This document shows, piece by piece, positions 14,746 through 31,984 of a stretch of 64,000 nt of DNA (positions within the stretch are counted from its first letter, which is position 1; every line of letters begins with the position of its first letter). The notes below the pieces were generated by a model. It was not told the origin of the DNA. It worked only from the letters and a program-made list of their open reading frames with translations, and did not search any database. Source of the DNA: the human T2T-CHM13v2.0 reference genome, Homo sapiens; assembly GCF_009914755.1 (NCBI RefSeq), contig NC_060934.1; one strand, 5' to 3'. Made by a program: the position numbers and the translations under genes.

Positions 14746-17140
14746 TCACTGTAACCTCTGCCTCCCAGGTTCAAGCAATTCTCCTGCTTCAGCCTCCCAA
14801 GTAGCTGGGATTACAAGCATGTGCCACCACACCCAGCTAATTTTGTATTTTTAGTAGAGATGGGGTTTCTCCACATTGGTCAGGCTGGTCTTGAACTCCC
14901 GACCTCAGGTGATCCACCTGCCTTGGCCTCCCAAAGTGCTGGGATTACAGGCGTGAGCCACCGCACCTGGCCTATATATATTATTTTTAATAATACAGCA
15001 CCTCATACGTAGTAGAGGTCTAATAAATAGAAGCTATTATTCCTATCACATTTTTTTCACAGATACCCTCACAAAAGTATAAAGCTATATGATAAATCCT
15101 TAGAATTAAAATGTTGGACAAAACGGTATATGCATTGAAAAGTTACAATAATATCAAATTACTCTCCAAAATATTGTGCTAATTTACACTTCTACTTACA
15201 AGGTATGAGATTGCCTATTTCTCTATATCTTCGTGGCAATACTTTGCATTATCAAACTTTTTAATACTTGTCAATCTTATTGATGGAAAAGTGGAATTCA
15301 CTATGAATGAGACTAACCATCTTTTCAGGTATGTAAAGGTCAATATTTCTCAATATGATTTACCTGTTCATGGGCTTTGCCCATTTTGTTGTTAGGGTAT
15401 TTATCTTTAAATTATTTAATTTTTAATTTTAATTTTTTTTGAGACAGGGTATCACTCTGTCACCCCAGCTGGAGTGCAGTGATGCAATTATGGCTTACTG
15501 CAGCCTTGATCTCTCGGGCTCAAGCGATCCTCTCACCTCAGTCCCCCTGAGTAGCTGGGACTGCGGGCATGCTCCACCATGCCTAGCTACTTTTTGTATT
15601 GTGTGTAGAGATGGGGTTTCACCATATTGCCCAGGCAGTTATCGAACTCCTGGGCTCAAGCAGTCAGCCCACCTTGGCTTCCCAAAGTGCTAGGAGTACA
15701 GGCATAAGCCACCACACCCATCCTAAATTATTGATTTTTAAGAACTCTTTCCATATTAAGGAAAGTAGTTCTTACAAATATTCAGGCAGGATGCAGTGGT
15801 TCACTTGATATAATACCAGCACTTTGAGAGGTCAAGACAGGAGGAATGCTTGAGGCCAGGAGTTTGAGACCAGCCTGGGCAACATAGTGAGACCCCATCT
15901 CTTTAAATATATATATATATATAATTTTGCTGTGCATCTTTTGACTTCAATAGTATTCTTTTCAATAGAAACATTTTTTTGTGAGTCAAATTTTCCAGTT
16001 ATTTAAATGGTGGCCTCTGGATTTAATATATTCCTTCAAAATGGCTTCCAACTCCTGGATAATAAAAACAGTGCAGCCATTATTTTTGGACTCAATTTTT
16101 AACAGTTCAATCTTTTTAACAAGTAAAACTTTGATTCATAAAAAACATGTTGGTAAAGAATGAGGAAGAAAACTAATTTTATATTCTCCATAATTCAATT
16201 TGTCTTATCATTATTTACTGAATTATCAATCTTTTCCTTGCTTCTTCAAAATGTCACATCTATCATATAATAATTCCCTTTACGTATTTGATGACTTTGT
16301 ATATTGTATATGTCCTTTCTGATTCTTCAGGCCCTTCATTTACACTGCTATTTTTTTTTTCTCTCTTTAGACGGAGTCTCGCTCTGTAGCCCAGGCTGGA
16401 GTACAGTGGCACAATCTCAGCTCACCGCAACCTCTGCCTCCGAGGGCATGCACCACCATGCCCAGTTAATTTTTTTTTTTTTTCTTGAGATGGAGTCTTG
16501 CTCTGTTGCCCATGCTGGAACGCAGTAGCATGATCTCGGCTCACTGCAATCTCTACCTCCTGGGTTCAAGCTATTCTCCTGCCTCAGCCTCCTGAGTAGC
16601 TGGGACTCCAGGCACAAGCCACCAGACCCGGCTAATTTTTGTATTTTTAGTAGAGATGGGATTTCACCGTGTTGGCCAGGCTGGTCTCAAACTCCTGACC
16701 TCAGGTGATCCACCCCCCTTGGCTTCCCAAAGTGCTGAGATTATAGGCATGAGCCACTCTGCCCAGCCATTACACTACTATTTTTTAATGAAGTTTTTCC
16801 AGGTATTAAAATCATAGAATTCTAGCATTGGGAGGTTGTTCAAAATCATCTAGTGCTGTCTCCAGTCAAATTTAGACATTTATTTCACTGCATACATGAC
16901 AGATGGTCACCTAGCCCCAGCTTGAATATTTCTAGCAATGGAAAACTCGAACTCCATATAACAGATGCTTCAGTTTTTGATAACTTCTGGTGATTAGAAA
17001 CTTACATCATATTGTGCTAAAATTAGCCCTCCTGAAATTCCTGTCCACTGCTTCTACTTCTACCCTGACAGCATACAAGACTATCAAATCTACCAACCTG
17101 TTGATGTATGAGGTCATTATCCTCCCTTTGGCCTTCTTGA

Positions 17141-17320
<180 letters not shown>

Positions 17321-17735
17321 TGAATAATTTTTTTATTATTATTTTTCAGTAGAGACTAGGTTTCACCATGTCAGCCAGGCTGGTCTCAAACTCCTGGCCT
17401 CAAGTGATCCACCTCCCTTGGCCTTCCAAAGTGGAAAAACATGGGTATTGATCCTTCTACCTCCCCTCCCATAGGCTAAACAATTTGTCTACTTTTTGGA
17501 TAATTAACCAGTTAGTAATGTGATTTCTTTCTTGACACTGCATTTCAAAAAATACATATCTGTAAAATAAAAATTCATAATCTTCACTTCCTACCTTTCA
17601 ACCTCCTTCCAATTCCCTCTCATTGAGGAAACTAATGATAACCTTATGAGGCATAACTTTTAATTTTTTTTCTATCCATATACAGAAATATGAGGTTTTT
17701 TTGTTTGTTTGGTTTTGGTTTTTTTTTTTTTTTGA

Positions 17736-17932
<197 letters not shown>

Positions 17933-17978
17933 TGAACTACTGACCTCAGGGTGATCCACCCACCTCAGCCTCCCAAAG

Positions 17979-18323
17979 TGTTGGGAGAAAAGCTGAGTGT
18001 TGGGAGAGAAGCTGAGGCAGGGCTTGCATGTCTGCTAGACTTGCTGGCTCCTTGCTTCTAGCGCTCCCATTATCTCAAGCAGCCATATGTTTCTCATTCA
18101 CTTGATACACTGTTTCTTTTCAACCCCCACATCCTCACCACCTGTTTCTTTGTTTGAGCACCAATAAGTAGCGTGGGCTCCCAGAGCACGAGGCCTTTGC
18201 AGCCTCCACACTCGCAATGGCCCCCTGGTCCCGCTTTCTCTCTCAATGCGTTTTTCTCATTCCTTTGACTTGGTCGGAATGTGTCACCCCCATGACCTGG
18301 TGTTGGGTCTGATCACCCCCACA
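17979..18323 (+). mobile_element. Solo LTR, LTR14A-like (HERV-K14/HML-1), inserted inside an antisense Alu
   Basis: TG...CA ends (TGTTGGGAGAAAAGCTGAG...GATCACCCCCACA), 345 bp, CAAAG duplication at 17974-17978 and 18324-18328. The Alu sequence resumes on the far side. Confidence 0.8.
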
Positions 18324-19513
18324 CAAAGTGCTGGGATTACACGCACGAGCCACCAGACCCGGCCAGTGCTGAACATTTTTCTAAGTCAATGTATGTAGAA
18401 ATCTATAGCATTCTTTTAAATAACTTCATAATATTTTTTACTATGGATTTGCCATAATTTATTAAAACATTCCCTGTATACATTAATGGTGATTCCAGAT
18501 TTTTTGGCTGTTATAAAAGAAATTATGTAATGCACATCCTTACATATAAATTGTTATATACCAGTGCTTTTATTTCTATAAAGTACATTTCTAGAAGTAG
18601 GATTACTGGATCAAAGGGTATGTTCATGTTAAATAAGTCATTTGGCCTCAAAGTGCTGGGATTATATGTGTGAGCCACGGCACCTGGCACAGTCTTTGTT
18701 AACAGAGGTTAAGCAAAACAAATATTCTCTTTTATTTTCTGCTATTTTAGCAGTTTTATTTTTTTGTATTGGTATTTTCAATCTCTGTGGGGTTTACTAT
18801 TTATAGTGTGAGTCATATGAGGCAAAGTGCTAACTTTGTTTTCTTCTAGATAGAGAGCCAACCTGAGTAGTGCCTCAGCCTCCCGAGTAGCTGGTATTTC
18901 AGGCATGCACCACCACGCCCTGCTAATTTTTTTGTATTTATTTTTAGTAGAGATGGGCTTCACTGTGTTGGCCAGACTGGTCTTGAACTACTGTCCTCAA
19001 GCGATTCACCTGCCTCAGCCTCCCAAAGTGTTGGGATTATAGGCATGAGCCACAGCACTCAGCAAAAATACACTTTTTAAAAAACAAAGCCAAAAGATAA
19101 ATTATAGACTGGAAGATAATATTTGCAAGATGTAACCAAGTGTAAATATTATTAAAATATAAATAACTGGGCCAGGCACAGTGGCTCACGCCTGTAATTC
19201 CAGCACTTTGGGAGGCCGAGGCGGGCAGATCATATATATATGATCTATCTATCTCTATATATATATGATCTATCTATGATCTATATATATGATCTATATA
19301 TATATGCTTCAAATTAATAAGAAAGAAATATATAAACAAGCTCATAAAATGGGCAAAGGATAGGGATAAAAATATATAGAAAGAAATATAAGCAGGCCAG
19401 GTGTGGTGGCTCATGCCTGTAATCCCAGCACTTTGGGAGTCCAAAACAGGTAGATCACTTGAGCCCAGGAGTTTGAGGTCAGCCTGGGCAACATGGCAAA
19501 ACCGTCTCTACTA

Positions 19514-19777
<264 letters not shown>

Positions 19778-19822
19778 TCATTCCAGCCTGGGCGACACAG
19801 CGACAGAACAAGACTCCGTCTC

Positions 19823-19853
<31 letters not shown>

Positions 19854-19955
19854 TGGAAGCATGTTCACAATGTCGGTGATAGAAGTAGTGTTCCTTCTTC
19901 TGTTTTCCAAATACTCTGTAATGTGGTTTTCACAATTTAGAAAAGAAAAATGTAA

Positions 19956-20147
<192 letters not shown>

Positions 20148-20733
20148 TAGAGATAGGGTTTCACCATGTTGGCCAGGCTGGTCTCAAACTCCTGACCTCA
20201 GGCCATCTGCCCACCTTGGCCTCCGAAAGTGCTGGGATTACAGGCAAGAGCCACTGTGCCCAGCCTCTCATATTGTTTTCTAAGTATGTTGCGTGTTCTA
20301 GAACCTAATTTTGCAGTCCAAATGCAATTTATACTTCTGCCAAATAAATCTTACACCTAAGCATTCTTCTACAACCTGAACTAAGAACAAAATTTTCATT
20401 TCATAATAAAGACTTTCATTTTATTATCTTCTTTACTTGCAGCTAGAAAAAAAGGAAGTATGAGGGGAAGCTTTAGAGGGGGATTTTGATCCCTATAAAG
20501 AAACAGTCCAGAAAGGGAACCTCGTGTTCACCTGGCTGCCCTTATTGTACAGAAGAGGAAACTGTAAGCTAAGAGAGGCAAGACCTCAGAAACCGGAGAG
20601 GATGTAAATGTGTAGCATCTGCTGCTAAACTTTGTCATAGCTCACCCAAGGGAGTGTTTTACCCTGTTGTGGTCCAGCCCCTTCTCTGCAGTCACACACT
20701 TTCCAGAAGGAAGGTCCCTCTGGTGCAGGCTCA

Positions 20734-20746
20734 CCACTAGGTGGCA
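20734..20746 (+). promoter_or_regulatory. CTCF core motif, forward
   Basis: CCACTAGGTGGCA is a perfect match to CCRSYAGRKGGCR, in non-Alu sequence. Confidence 0.6.
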
Positions 20747-20970
20747 CTGTGCACTACTGGGCTAGTTCTGGTAAAATACCCCTGCCCCAGCTAAAGTCTC
20801 TCCTTCCCTCCCTCCCTCCTTCCCTCCTTCTCTCGCTCCCTCCCTCCTTCCTTCCCTCCTTCTCTCCCTCCCTCCCTCCTTCCTTCCCCTCCTCTTCTTC
20901 CTTCCTTCCTCCCTTCCTTTCTCTCTCTCTCTTTCTCTCTCCCTTTCTTCCCTTCTTTCTTTTTTTTTGA

Positions 20971-21075
<105 letters not shown>

Positions 21076-21078
21076 TGA

Positions 21079-21345
<267 letters not shown>

Positions 21346-21476
21346 TAAATTTTAATTTAATTTAATTTAATTTACAGAGATGGAGACTCTCTATGTTGCC
21401 CAGGCTGGTTTCAAACTCCTGGGCTCAAGTGATCCTCCCACCTCAGCCTCCCAAAGTGCTAGGATAACAGCCATGA

Positions 21477-21842
<366 letters not shown>

Positions 21843-22861
21843 TGAGCCACCATGCCCGGCCTGAGAGTAAATATTTTTGAGGAGAAAAAATATTCTTAAT
21901 GTTCTTAAAGAAATCACAATCTAGGTCTAACATGAAAATATAGGTGAGGAGTTTTTAAATGAATTGTAGCATATAGTAGAGCTGATATTTGGTAAAGGTA
22001 GATTTTGGTTTGCATGGAGTAGGGGGATAAAGAGCTGGACATAAATAATTTGCCAGTGTTTTGTCAGTAGTTCTCAGAGGAAAGAATATACAGTACTGAT
22101 TTGAGATGGCCAGTGCCAAATTCAGTAGAAATATATTTTCGAATAGAAGAGAACAATTCCTCTGGTTACCATACTAGAGTTTAAAAGAATAACTTCCAAA
22201 AGAACATCGAACTCCTTTTGTGCTCATTCCACCTTGACCCCTGTGATTTTGTCTCCTGTAATCATATCCACTAGAATGATTAAGTCCTGAGCACATACAT
22301 GTTCCTATCATAGATACTAACAAATGGACCCCAGATCCGTTGGTCAAAAGAGTCCACCACCCTTATTAGACGCTCATCCTGCACTTATGGTGTCTTACAA
22401 AGAGGTTCAGTCAACCACACATAAACCTGTCTTGGAAGAGAAACTACAACAGTGAGATTCTGGGAACCCAGGGCACCTGAGGTGTAGGTGGTTCTGTATG
22501 GGAGAATTGCTTTCTCACCTATTAGGCTCAAGATTCACATCAGGTAGCCAGCCTTTCCTGGAAGGAGGCACTTCCTATCAGACCCTGAGGATGTCTTGGG
22601 AAAGTTGGCCAGGAAAGGGAAACAAAGTAAAGATAAGGATTCAGGAAATCATAGGAAAATATGTATTTCTTAAGTAATGATGGTTATATTTAGCTTTGTC
22701 TAAACTTTAACCTATCATCAGACTCATGGCACTGTAAAATAATTTTTGTGTGTATTTAGGATGTATTTGTATTACTTGCATAGTGAAGTTTTCCTTTTTT
22801 TTCCCGAAACATCCTGACTTTGCCTCAGCAAGATTAGAAGATAGAGTTTCTCTGACCCTTT

Positions 22862-23132
22862 ATCTTTTTTTCTTTTCTTTCTTTCTTTCTCTTTCCCTTT
22901 CTTTCTCTCTTCCTTCCATCCTTCCTCCCTCCCTCTCCCTCTTTCCTTCCTTCCTTCCTTCCTTTCTTTCTCTTTCCCTTTCTTTCTCTCTTTCTGTCTC
23001 CTTCCTTCCATCCTTCCTCCCTCCCTCCCTCTCCCTCTTTCCTTCCTTCCTTCCTTTCTTTCTTTCTTTCCTTCCTCTCCCCCTCCCCCTCCCCCTCCCT
23101 CTCCCTCTCTTTCTTTCTTTCTTTTCTTCCTT
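22862..23132. repeat. Polypyrimidine/polypurine tract (expanded Alu tail); similar tracts at 20797-20968, 21251-21345 and 33692-33898
   Basis: Almost pure C/T, with an internal duplicated block of about 90 bp containing TTCCTTCCATCCTTCCTCCCTCC. Confidence 0.9.
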
Positions 23133-24452
23133 GACAGGGTTTCACTTTGTCACCCAGGCTGGAGTGCAGTGGCATGATCAGCTCACTGTAGCCTCAATCT
23201 TCCCAACCCAAGCGATCCTCCTACCTCAGCCTCCTGAGTAGCCAGGACCACAGGTGTGTACTACCATACTGGCTAGGATTTTATGGTTTAAAATTTTGTA
23301 TTTTGTAGAGACAAGGTCTCTCTCTGTTGCCCAGGCTGGTCTTAAATTTGTGGACTCAAGCATTCCTCCCACCTCAGCTTCCTGAAGTGCTGGGATTACA
23401 GGTGTGAGCCACCATGCCTGGCCTAGAATGTTAAAAATAATACTTTTCAGCCCTTTACAGTTTGGAAGGATGGTCTCTGACACTTTCTTATTTCAGGCTG
23501 TTTTATGCTATTGTCTACCCCATCTAAGAGATAAGGAGTCCAGTCCAAGATTAATAACTGATGGTGTAGCCTCCAATGTCCAACCTTGCAAATGGTTGGT
23601 AAGATCTTTTTTCAGATCTTTACACTTCAGAACAAGGATGAATTGATGGCACTGTGAGCAGCAATAACCTGAGAAGCAACTGATTTTCTATGGCTAAGGT
23701 TATCCAAGATTTCCTTAATCTGCAGAATTTGGGGTTAAGCCTATTGATTTTGCTAAACTTGTAAGATGCTTTTCAATACCTTATTTTACAAGTTGGATGT
23801 GACACTTTGGACTGTCTCAACTCTTGCAATTCCTTGCCATTCAAAAATCTTTTTCCTATAATGCAAAACTGTAGTCAATTTCACTTACATTCTTGGGCTA
23901 GTTGCCTAACTGCACAAAGATTGAATTTTATATGTAAAATGGAAATCCTAACAATATACGCCTTCGTAGTTTGTCAAGAGCATCAAATGGCCGGGCGCAG
24001 TGGCTCATGCCTGTAATCCCAGCACTTTGGGAGGCCAAAGCAAGTGGATCACAAGGTCAGGAGTTCAAGACCAACCTGGCCAAGATGGCGAAACCCCATC
24101 TCTATTAAAAATACAAAAAAATTAGCCGGGTCTGGTGGCAGGTGCCTGTAATCTCAGCTACTTGGGAGACTGAGGCAGAGAACTGCTTGAACCTGGGAGG
24201 TGGAGGGTGCAGTGACCCAAGATCGTGCCACTGCACACCAGCCTGGGTGACAGAGCAAGACTTCATCTCAAAAAAAAAAAAAAAAGCATCAAATGAAAAT
24301 CTATATGGGGCCAGCTGCGGTGGTTTACACCTGTAATCCCAGCACTTTGGGAGGCAGAGGCAGGCAGATCACTTGAATCCAGGAGCTCAAGACCAGCCTG
24401 AACAACATGGTGAGATCCTGTCTCTACAAAAAATACAAAAATTAGCTGGTCA

Positions 24453-24644
<192 letters not shown>

Positions 24645-25246
24645 CTACATTAAGACTAGCTGGGTGTCCATACACATGCTTTTGTATATGCACACTTGGC
24701 GAGAGTGGTGAGATTTCAGATGATCTTTGGTAGAATGGGTAGGAATTAAATTAGCAGAGAGGAGAAGAGATGAATCACTCTATGGGAAAAATGACATGAC
24801 ACAATAAAGAATAATTCATCTAAACCAAATCAAATTCAAGGAGAAACATGAGATGAATTCCCCTCAGAAGAATGATGCCCACTATTTCTTAATTATAATT
24901 ATGTACTGTTTTGAAAATTATTTCTACTGCAATAAGATATGAAATAGAAATAAAAGCAACAAACAGTAAAAATGAAGAAACAAAGATATTTTAGATGATA
25001 TAGTTTCAGTACTAACAACTAAAAAGAATGGGTTAAAAGTATTGAAATTAATGTAGGTTTAGTAAAATAGCTAGAAACAAATTAATCTGCAAAGAAGAAA
25101 TAGCATTCCTGCAACTCATTGGAAAAAGATAGTGAAATTTTGCCTACCTGTGATTCTGAATGCAGTTACTTTTCACTTCTCAGTCAAGTGCCTTGTCTAA
25201 ACCAATTCTGCTCTTTCCCACCACCATCCCCTTGAGCCTACATTGA

Positions 25247-25474
<228 letters not shown>

Positions 25475-25498
25475 TAGCTAATTTTGTATTTTTAGTAG

Positions 25499-25786
<288 letters not shown>

Positions 25787-26520
25787 TAACTGTTACGAAA
25801 TATAATAACTAGCAGACTTTTGTGATAAGCCTGCAATAAATGCCAGTGTGTCTGCACATGGAAGTAAGTGGCTAATTCTCTCTCTCTTCTCCACCCACTT
25901 GTTACTTAGGTACAGACTCTGGCAGGGTTAGCAGAGTTCTAGAACCACAGTCTCTCTCAGCCTTGCCCACCAAGACCTGGGGAGGATTTTATGGCCATAG
26001 CCTGACTGCCCGCAGCTTCTGTTGTCAGAGAGGTTGGCACCCTCAGGTCCTTGGACTGGAGAGTGTTCCCGTCTCTGGCCCCAAGGGGACTTTGGCCCTA
26101 AACTTAATTTGAAGTTGAGGAATGTTGGAGGGGCCGGGCTGTGACTGGGAGGGCTGGTGATGGGAACAGAATGTAATTGAGGAGGATGCAAAGTGCCCCT
26201 CCCTTTTACTGTTACTAGGAGTCTCCCTACAGGGCCAAACTCGGAACCAGCAAAGGCACATGGAGGGCATGGAGGGGTCTCAGCAGGGGTTTGGTGAGTG
26301 AGTGAATTTGATTCCTCTACTCTCTTGTTCCGCTTCAGCTTAACCCTGTTTTTTCCTGTTGAGCAGAGTGCCTGGCCCGACTGAGCCTTGATCACCTGGT
26401 ATGAATTGATGTCTTGCTCCATATTAGATGCTGTGCTAGACGCTTTATTGTCAGGTCATCATTTAATCTTCCCATCAAGCTATTGAAATAGAACTATTAT
26501 AAGTCACATTTTTCTGATGA

Positions 26521-26778
<258 letters not shown>

Positions 26779-27352
26779 TGATGCCCAGCCAATTTTTGTA
26801 TTTTTAGTAGAGATGGGGTTTCACCATATTGGCCAGGCTAGCCTGGAACTCCTGACCTCAGTGATCCACCTGCCTCAGCCTCCCAAAGTACTGGGATTAC
26901 AGGCATGAGCCACTGCACCCAGCCAAACTTTGGTCTAATGTGCTTTTAAAAAAATAAGCATTTTAGGCAGCCATGTTGGCTCATGCCTGTAATTCCAGCA
27001 CTTTGGGAGGCCGAGGCAGCTGGATCACTTGAGGTCAGGAGTTCGAAACCAGCCTGGCCAACATGGTGAAACCCTCATCTCTACTAAAAATACAAAAATT
27101 AGCTGGGTGTGGTGGCGCGTGCCTGTAGTCCCAGCTACTCAGGAGTCTGAGGCAGGAGAATCGCTTGAACCGGGAGGCGGAGGTTGCTGTGAGCTGAGAT
27201 CACACCACTGCACTCCAACCTGGGTAACAGAGTGAGACTCTGTCTCAAAAAATAAATAAATAATTAAAAATAAACATTTTAACTGTACAATAGCTTTAGA
27301 TTTACCAAAAAAAGTTACAAATATGGCACAGGGAGTTCTGTATACCCCATAA

Positions 27353-27673
<321 letters not shown>

Positions 27674-29142
27674 TGACATTATCACAGTACATTGTCAAAA
27701 CTAGGAAACCAACCTTGGCACATTGGTATTAACTAAACTCCAGACTATATGCCACTAGTTTTAACTAATATTAACTAAACTCCAAATTTCACTAGGGTTT
27801 TTTTCCCCTAATATCCCTTTTCTGTTTCAGCATCCAATCCAGGATATTACATTGCATGTAGGGGCGAATGTGCTTTTAACCATGATCTAAACCTGCTTAG
27901 ATGGCTGTTTCCAGCTCCATCCCTGTGCTCCCTTCTAAGAATTTCCAACCAACATAGGGAAGGAGAAGGAACCAAGGTCTTAAGAATATCAGCTCTAAAA
28001 GCCACCTCTTCACTTCTCATAAGCATTTCTTGGAAGAACAATCTCCAGAACTAGAATCTAACAAGATGCTCTGTTACTTTAAAGAAAAAGAGCGTTTTGT
28101 TGTTGTTGTTGTTTCGTTTTGTTTTGTTTTGTTTGAGACAGAGTCTTGCTCTATCACCCAGGCTGGAGTGCAGTGGCCTGATCTCAGCTCACTGCAACCT
28201 CCACCTCCTGGATTCTAGTGATTATCCTGCCTCAGCCTCCTGAGTAGCTGGGGCCACAGATGCATGCCACCATGCCTGGATAAATATTTTTGTATTTTTG
28301 GTAGAGACAGGGTTTCACCATGTTGGCCAGGCTGGTCTCAAACTCCTGACCTCAGGAGATCTGTCCACCTCGGCCTCCCAAAGTTCTAGGATTACAGGCA
28401 TGAGCCACCACACTCGGCCAAAAGAGTGGTTCTATGGTCAAATAAATTCAAGAAATGCTAGGTGCCAAATCCCTCCTTGAAGAAACAAAGTGGCCATCAA
28501 CAAGACAAAATTCCTCAGGAGTCCTGCAACAAATAAGCCACGTTATTTGGTTTAATAGAGAATTACCTCAAGTCTCAGTAATTTGTGTACTGCCTTCACG
28601 CGTTTTGCCACATCAGCAACCTGAACTGTTACTGACTTGATCTTCTTTCTTTAAATCTACTCACCTTTTAAAAGGTACATTCTAAAAGAGCATTTTATCT
28701 CACTACTATGAGTGGAAAAATGAGGATCATTTGCCAAAATTAGTTAGAATGAGTAAAAATATTAATTTGATCCCAGAACCTGCTCAGGTCATCCCACCTA
28801 ACACCAGTGAGTGTTCCATACGACCGTTTGGGAAACACTGGTTAACAGAACTCCCTTTTCCGTAACACCTGTTAAAATCCTGGGGATACTTTGGGAATGC
28901 TGGTCCAGTTGGTTTTCCTTTGAGGCCCAGACGATCAGGAAACATGCCTAGGGCCGCACGGGTAAGGTCCAAACTAAAGTTGAAGTCCCCTTCCCACCTC
29001 TCTAGTGCTCTTCCCACAACCCTACTCAGGTTCTAGGGTTCAGACATCTTCTGGGCAAGGCCAAAAGGGGTTCCATGAGGGCCAAGGTCTGTAATACAGA
29101 AGGTTCAGATTTCATGTGATCAGGTTTTGATCTCATGTTTGA

Positions 29143-29328
<186 letters not shown>

Positions 29329-30169
29329 TAGTAGAGACAGTGTTTCACCGTGTCAGCCAGGATGGTCTTGATCTCCTGACCTTGTGATCCGCCCGCCTCG
29401 GCCTCCCAAAGTGCTGGGATTACAAGCATGAGCCACCGCGCCTGGCCTCATGTTTGAGATTTTAAAGAGATCACCACACCCAGCTTAGAAGATTCCCCAT
29501 CCTTCTCTACTCCAGGGGAGAACTTGGGTCCGATTCTTGGTCAAAGTAAACAGGCAGAAAGGATTTCTGATCTCAGCTATCATTGCTGCCTACACCCTGG
29601 CAACTCCCATCCACAGACCACTGCACTTTGGACAGTTCTTCCTAAAGTCATGTTATTTTAAAATTTAATTGTGTTTGAGCACAAGGGTGTTGGCAATAGG
29701 GGCGCCCATAGTTAATTAGTAACAGAGAGCAGTAGATAAAACAGATGCTTCCAGCTTGGCCGGACACTAGTCAGCCTTCTGTTCTCCCTAAAGAGGGCCC
29801 TGAAACATGAGTACTCAATGCACTTATGTCTTGGCTGACTTTTCATCCCAAGAAGCTAGACCCCAGTGTCACTCTTCCCTTCTCCATTCAGCCAATGGCT
29901 TGATACCTTGAGTGGATCTGACAATGTAATGCTCACTACTCCCACCCCAGCTGGTATCAAACATTCAGACCAGATGTGAGCTCCACTGGGCTTGATAATA
30001 GCTCCTAGACTCATTCACTCTTTTCTTCATTCAAAATGTTGAATGAGCTGGGTGCAGTGGTTCACACCTATAATCCCAGCACTTTGGGAGGTCAAGGCAG
30101 GCAGATTGCTTGAGCCCAGGAGTTTGAGACTAGCCTGGGCAACATGGGGAAACCCTGTCTCTATTTTTA

Positions 30170-30289
<120 letters not shown>

Positions 30290-30617
30290 TTAAAAAGAAT
30301 TGGCTGGGCGCGGTGGCTCACGCCTGTAATCCCAGCACTTTGGGAGGCCGAGGCAGGCGGACTACGAGGTCAGGAGATCGAGACCATCCTGGCTAACATG
30401 GTGAAACCCCATCTTTACTAAAAATATAAAAAATTAGCCGGGCGTGGTGGTGGGCGCCTGTAGTCCTAGCTACTCAGGAGGCTGAGTCAGGAGAATGGCA
30501 TGAACCCGGGAGGTGGAGGTTGCAGTGAGCCAAGATCGCACTACTGCACTCCAGCCTGGGCGACAGAGTGAGACTCCACCTCAAAAAAAAAAAAAGAATT
30601 ATAAAAATAAAATATCA

Positions 30618-30743
<126 letters not shown>

Positions 30744-30763
30744 CTACTATACATGCAAAATTA

Positions 30764-31099
<336 letters not shown>

Positions 31100-31318
31100 C
31101 TAGGCGTGGTGGTGTGTACCCAGCTCCTAGATTACCTGGGAGCTGGTAATCCCAGCTCCTCAGGAGGCTGAGGCAGGAGAATTGCTTGAACCCAGAAGGC
31201 AGAGGTTGCGGTGAAGTGAGATTGTGCCACTGCACTCCAACCTGGGAGATAAAGTGAGATTCTGTCAAAAAAAAGAAAAAAGAAAAAAAAAAAGCCTGTA
31301 ATAAGCTAGCCTTCACTA

Positions 31319-31694
31319 TGTAAACCAAAAATAAAATTCCAAGGTCCCCCAACCATTTGAATGGACCCCTTCTCTTGGCCAAGGAGATTCCAAAGTTAAC
31401 TTGAAAAACTGGTTCAGGTCATGATGGGAAGGGAGGGTCAGACATGCTTCATTATACCCTCCTCCCTTTTGGAATTCAGGAAAAGCCAACCAGCATTAAC
31501 ATTAACACAGACCTTAAGTCTGATAAGAAACATTTACAATCTATTCTCTTTGAAGCCTGCTACCCGGAGGCTTCATCTGCATGATTAAACCTTGGTGTCC
31601 ACAACCCTTTAATGTAACCCAGACATTCATGTCTATTGATAATAACTCTTTCAACCAATAGCCAATCAGAAAATTTTAAAATCTACCTATGACC
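31319..31694 (+). mobile_element. MER4A-like ERV1 LTR, 3' part lost after Alu insertion
   Basis: Starts TGTAAACCAAAAATAAAATTCCAAGG...GAATGGACCCCT; includes CCAATCAG. Confidence 0.75.
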
Positions 31695-31984
31695 GGCTGG
31701 GCGCAGTGGCTCAGGCCTGTAATCCCAGTACTTTGGGAGGCTGAGGCGGGCGGATCACGAGGTCAGGAGATGGAGACCATCCTGGCTAACACAGTGAAAC
31801 CTTGTCTCTACTAAAAATACAAAAATTAGCTGGACATGGTGGCAGGCAGCTGTAGTCCCAGCTACTCAGGAGGTCAAGGCAGGAGAATGGCGTGAACCCG
31901 GGAGGCTGAGCTTGCAGTAAGCCAAGGTCTCAGCCTCCCAGGTAGCTGGGATTACAGGCATGTGCCATCACACCAGCTAATTTT

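Noticed and set aside
25928-26422. 164-aa minus-strand ORF
   Set aside because: No recognisable homology or domain pattern.
29692-29706. CTCF-like GGCAATAGGGGCGCC
   Set aside because: One G short of the core spacing, with several mismatches at key positions.
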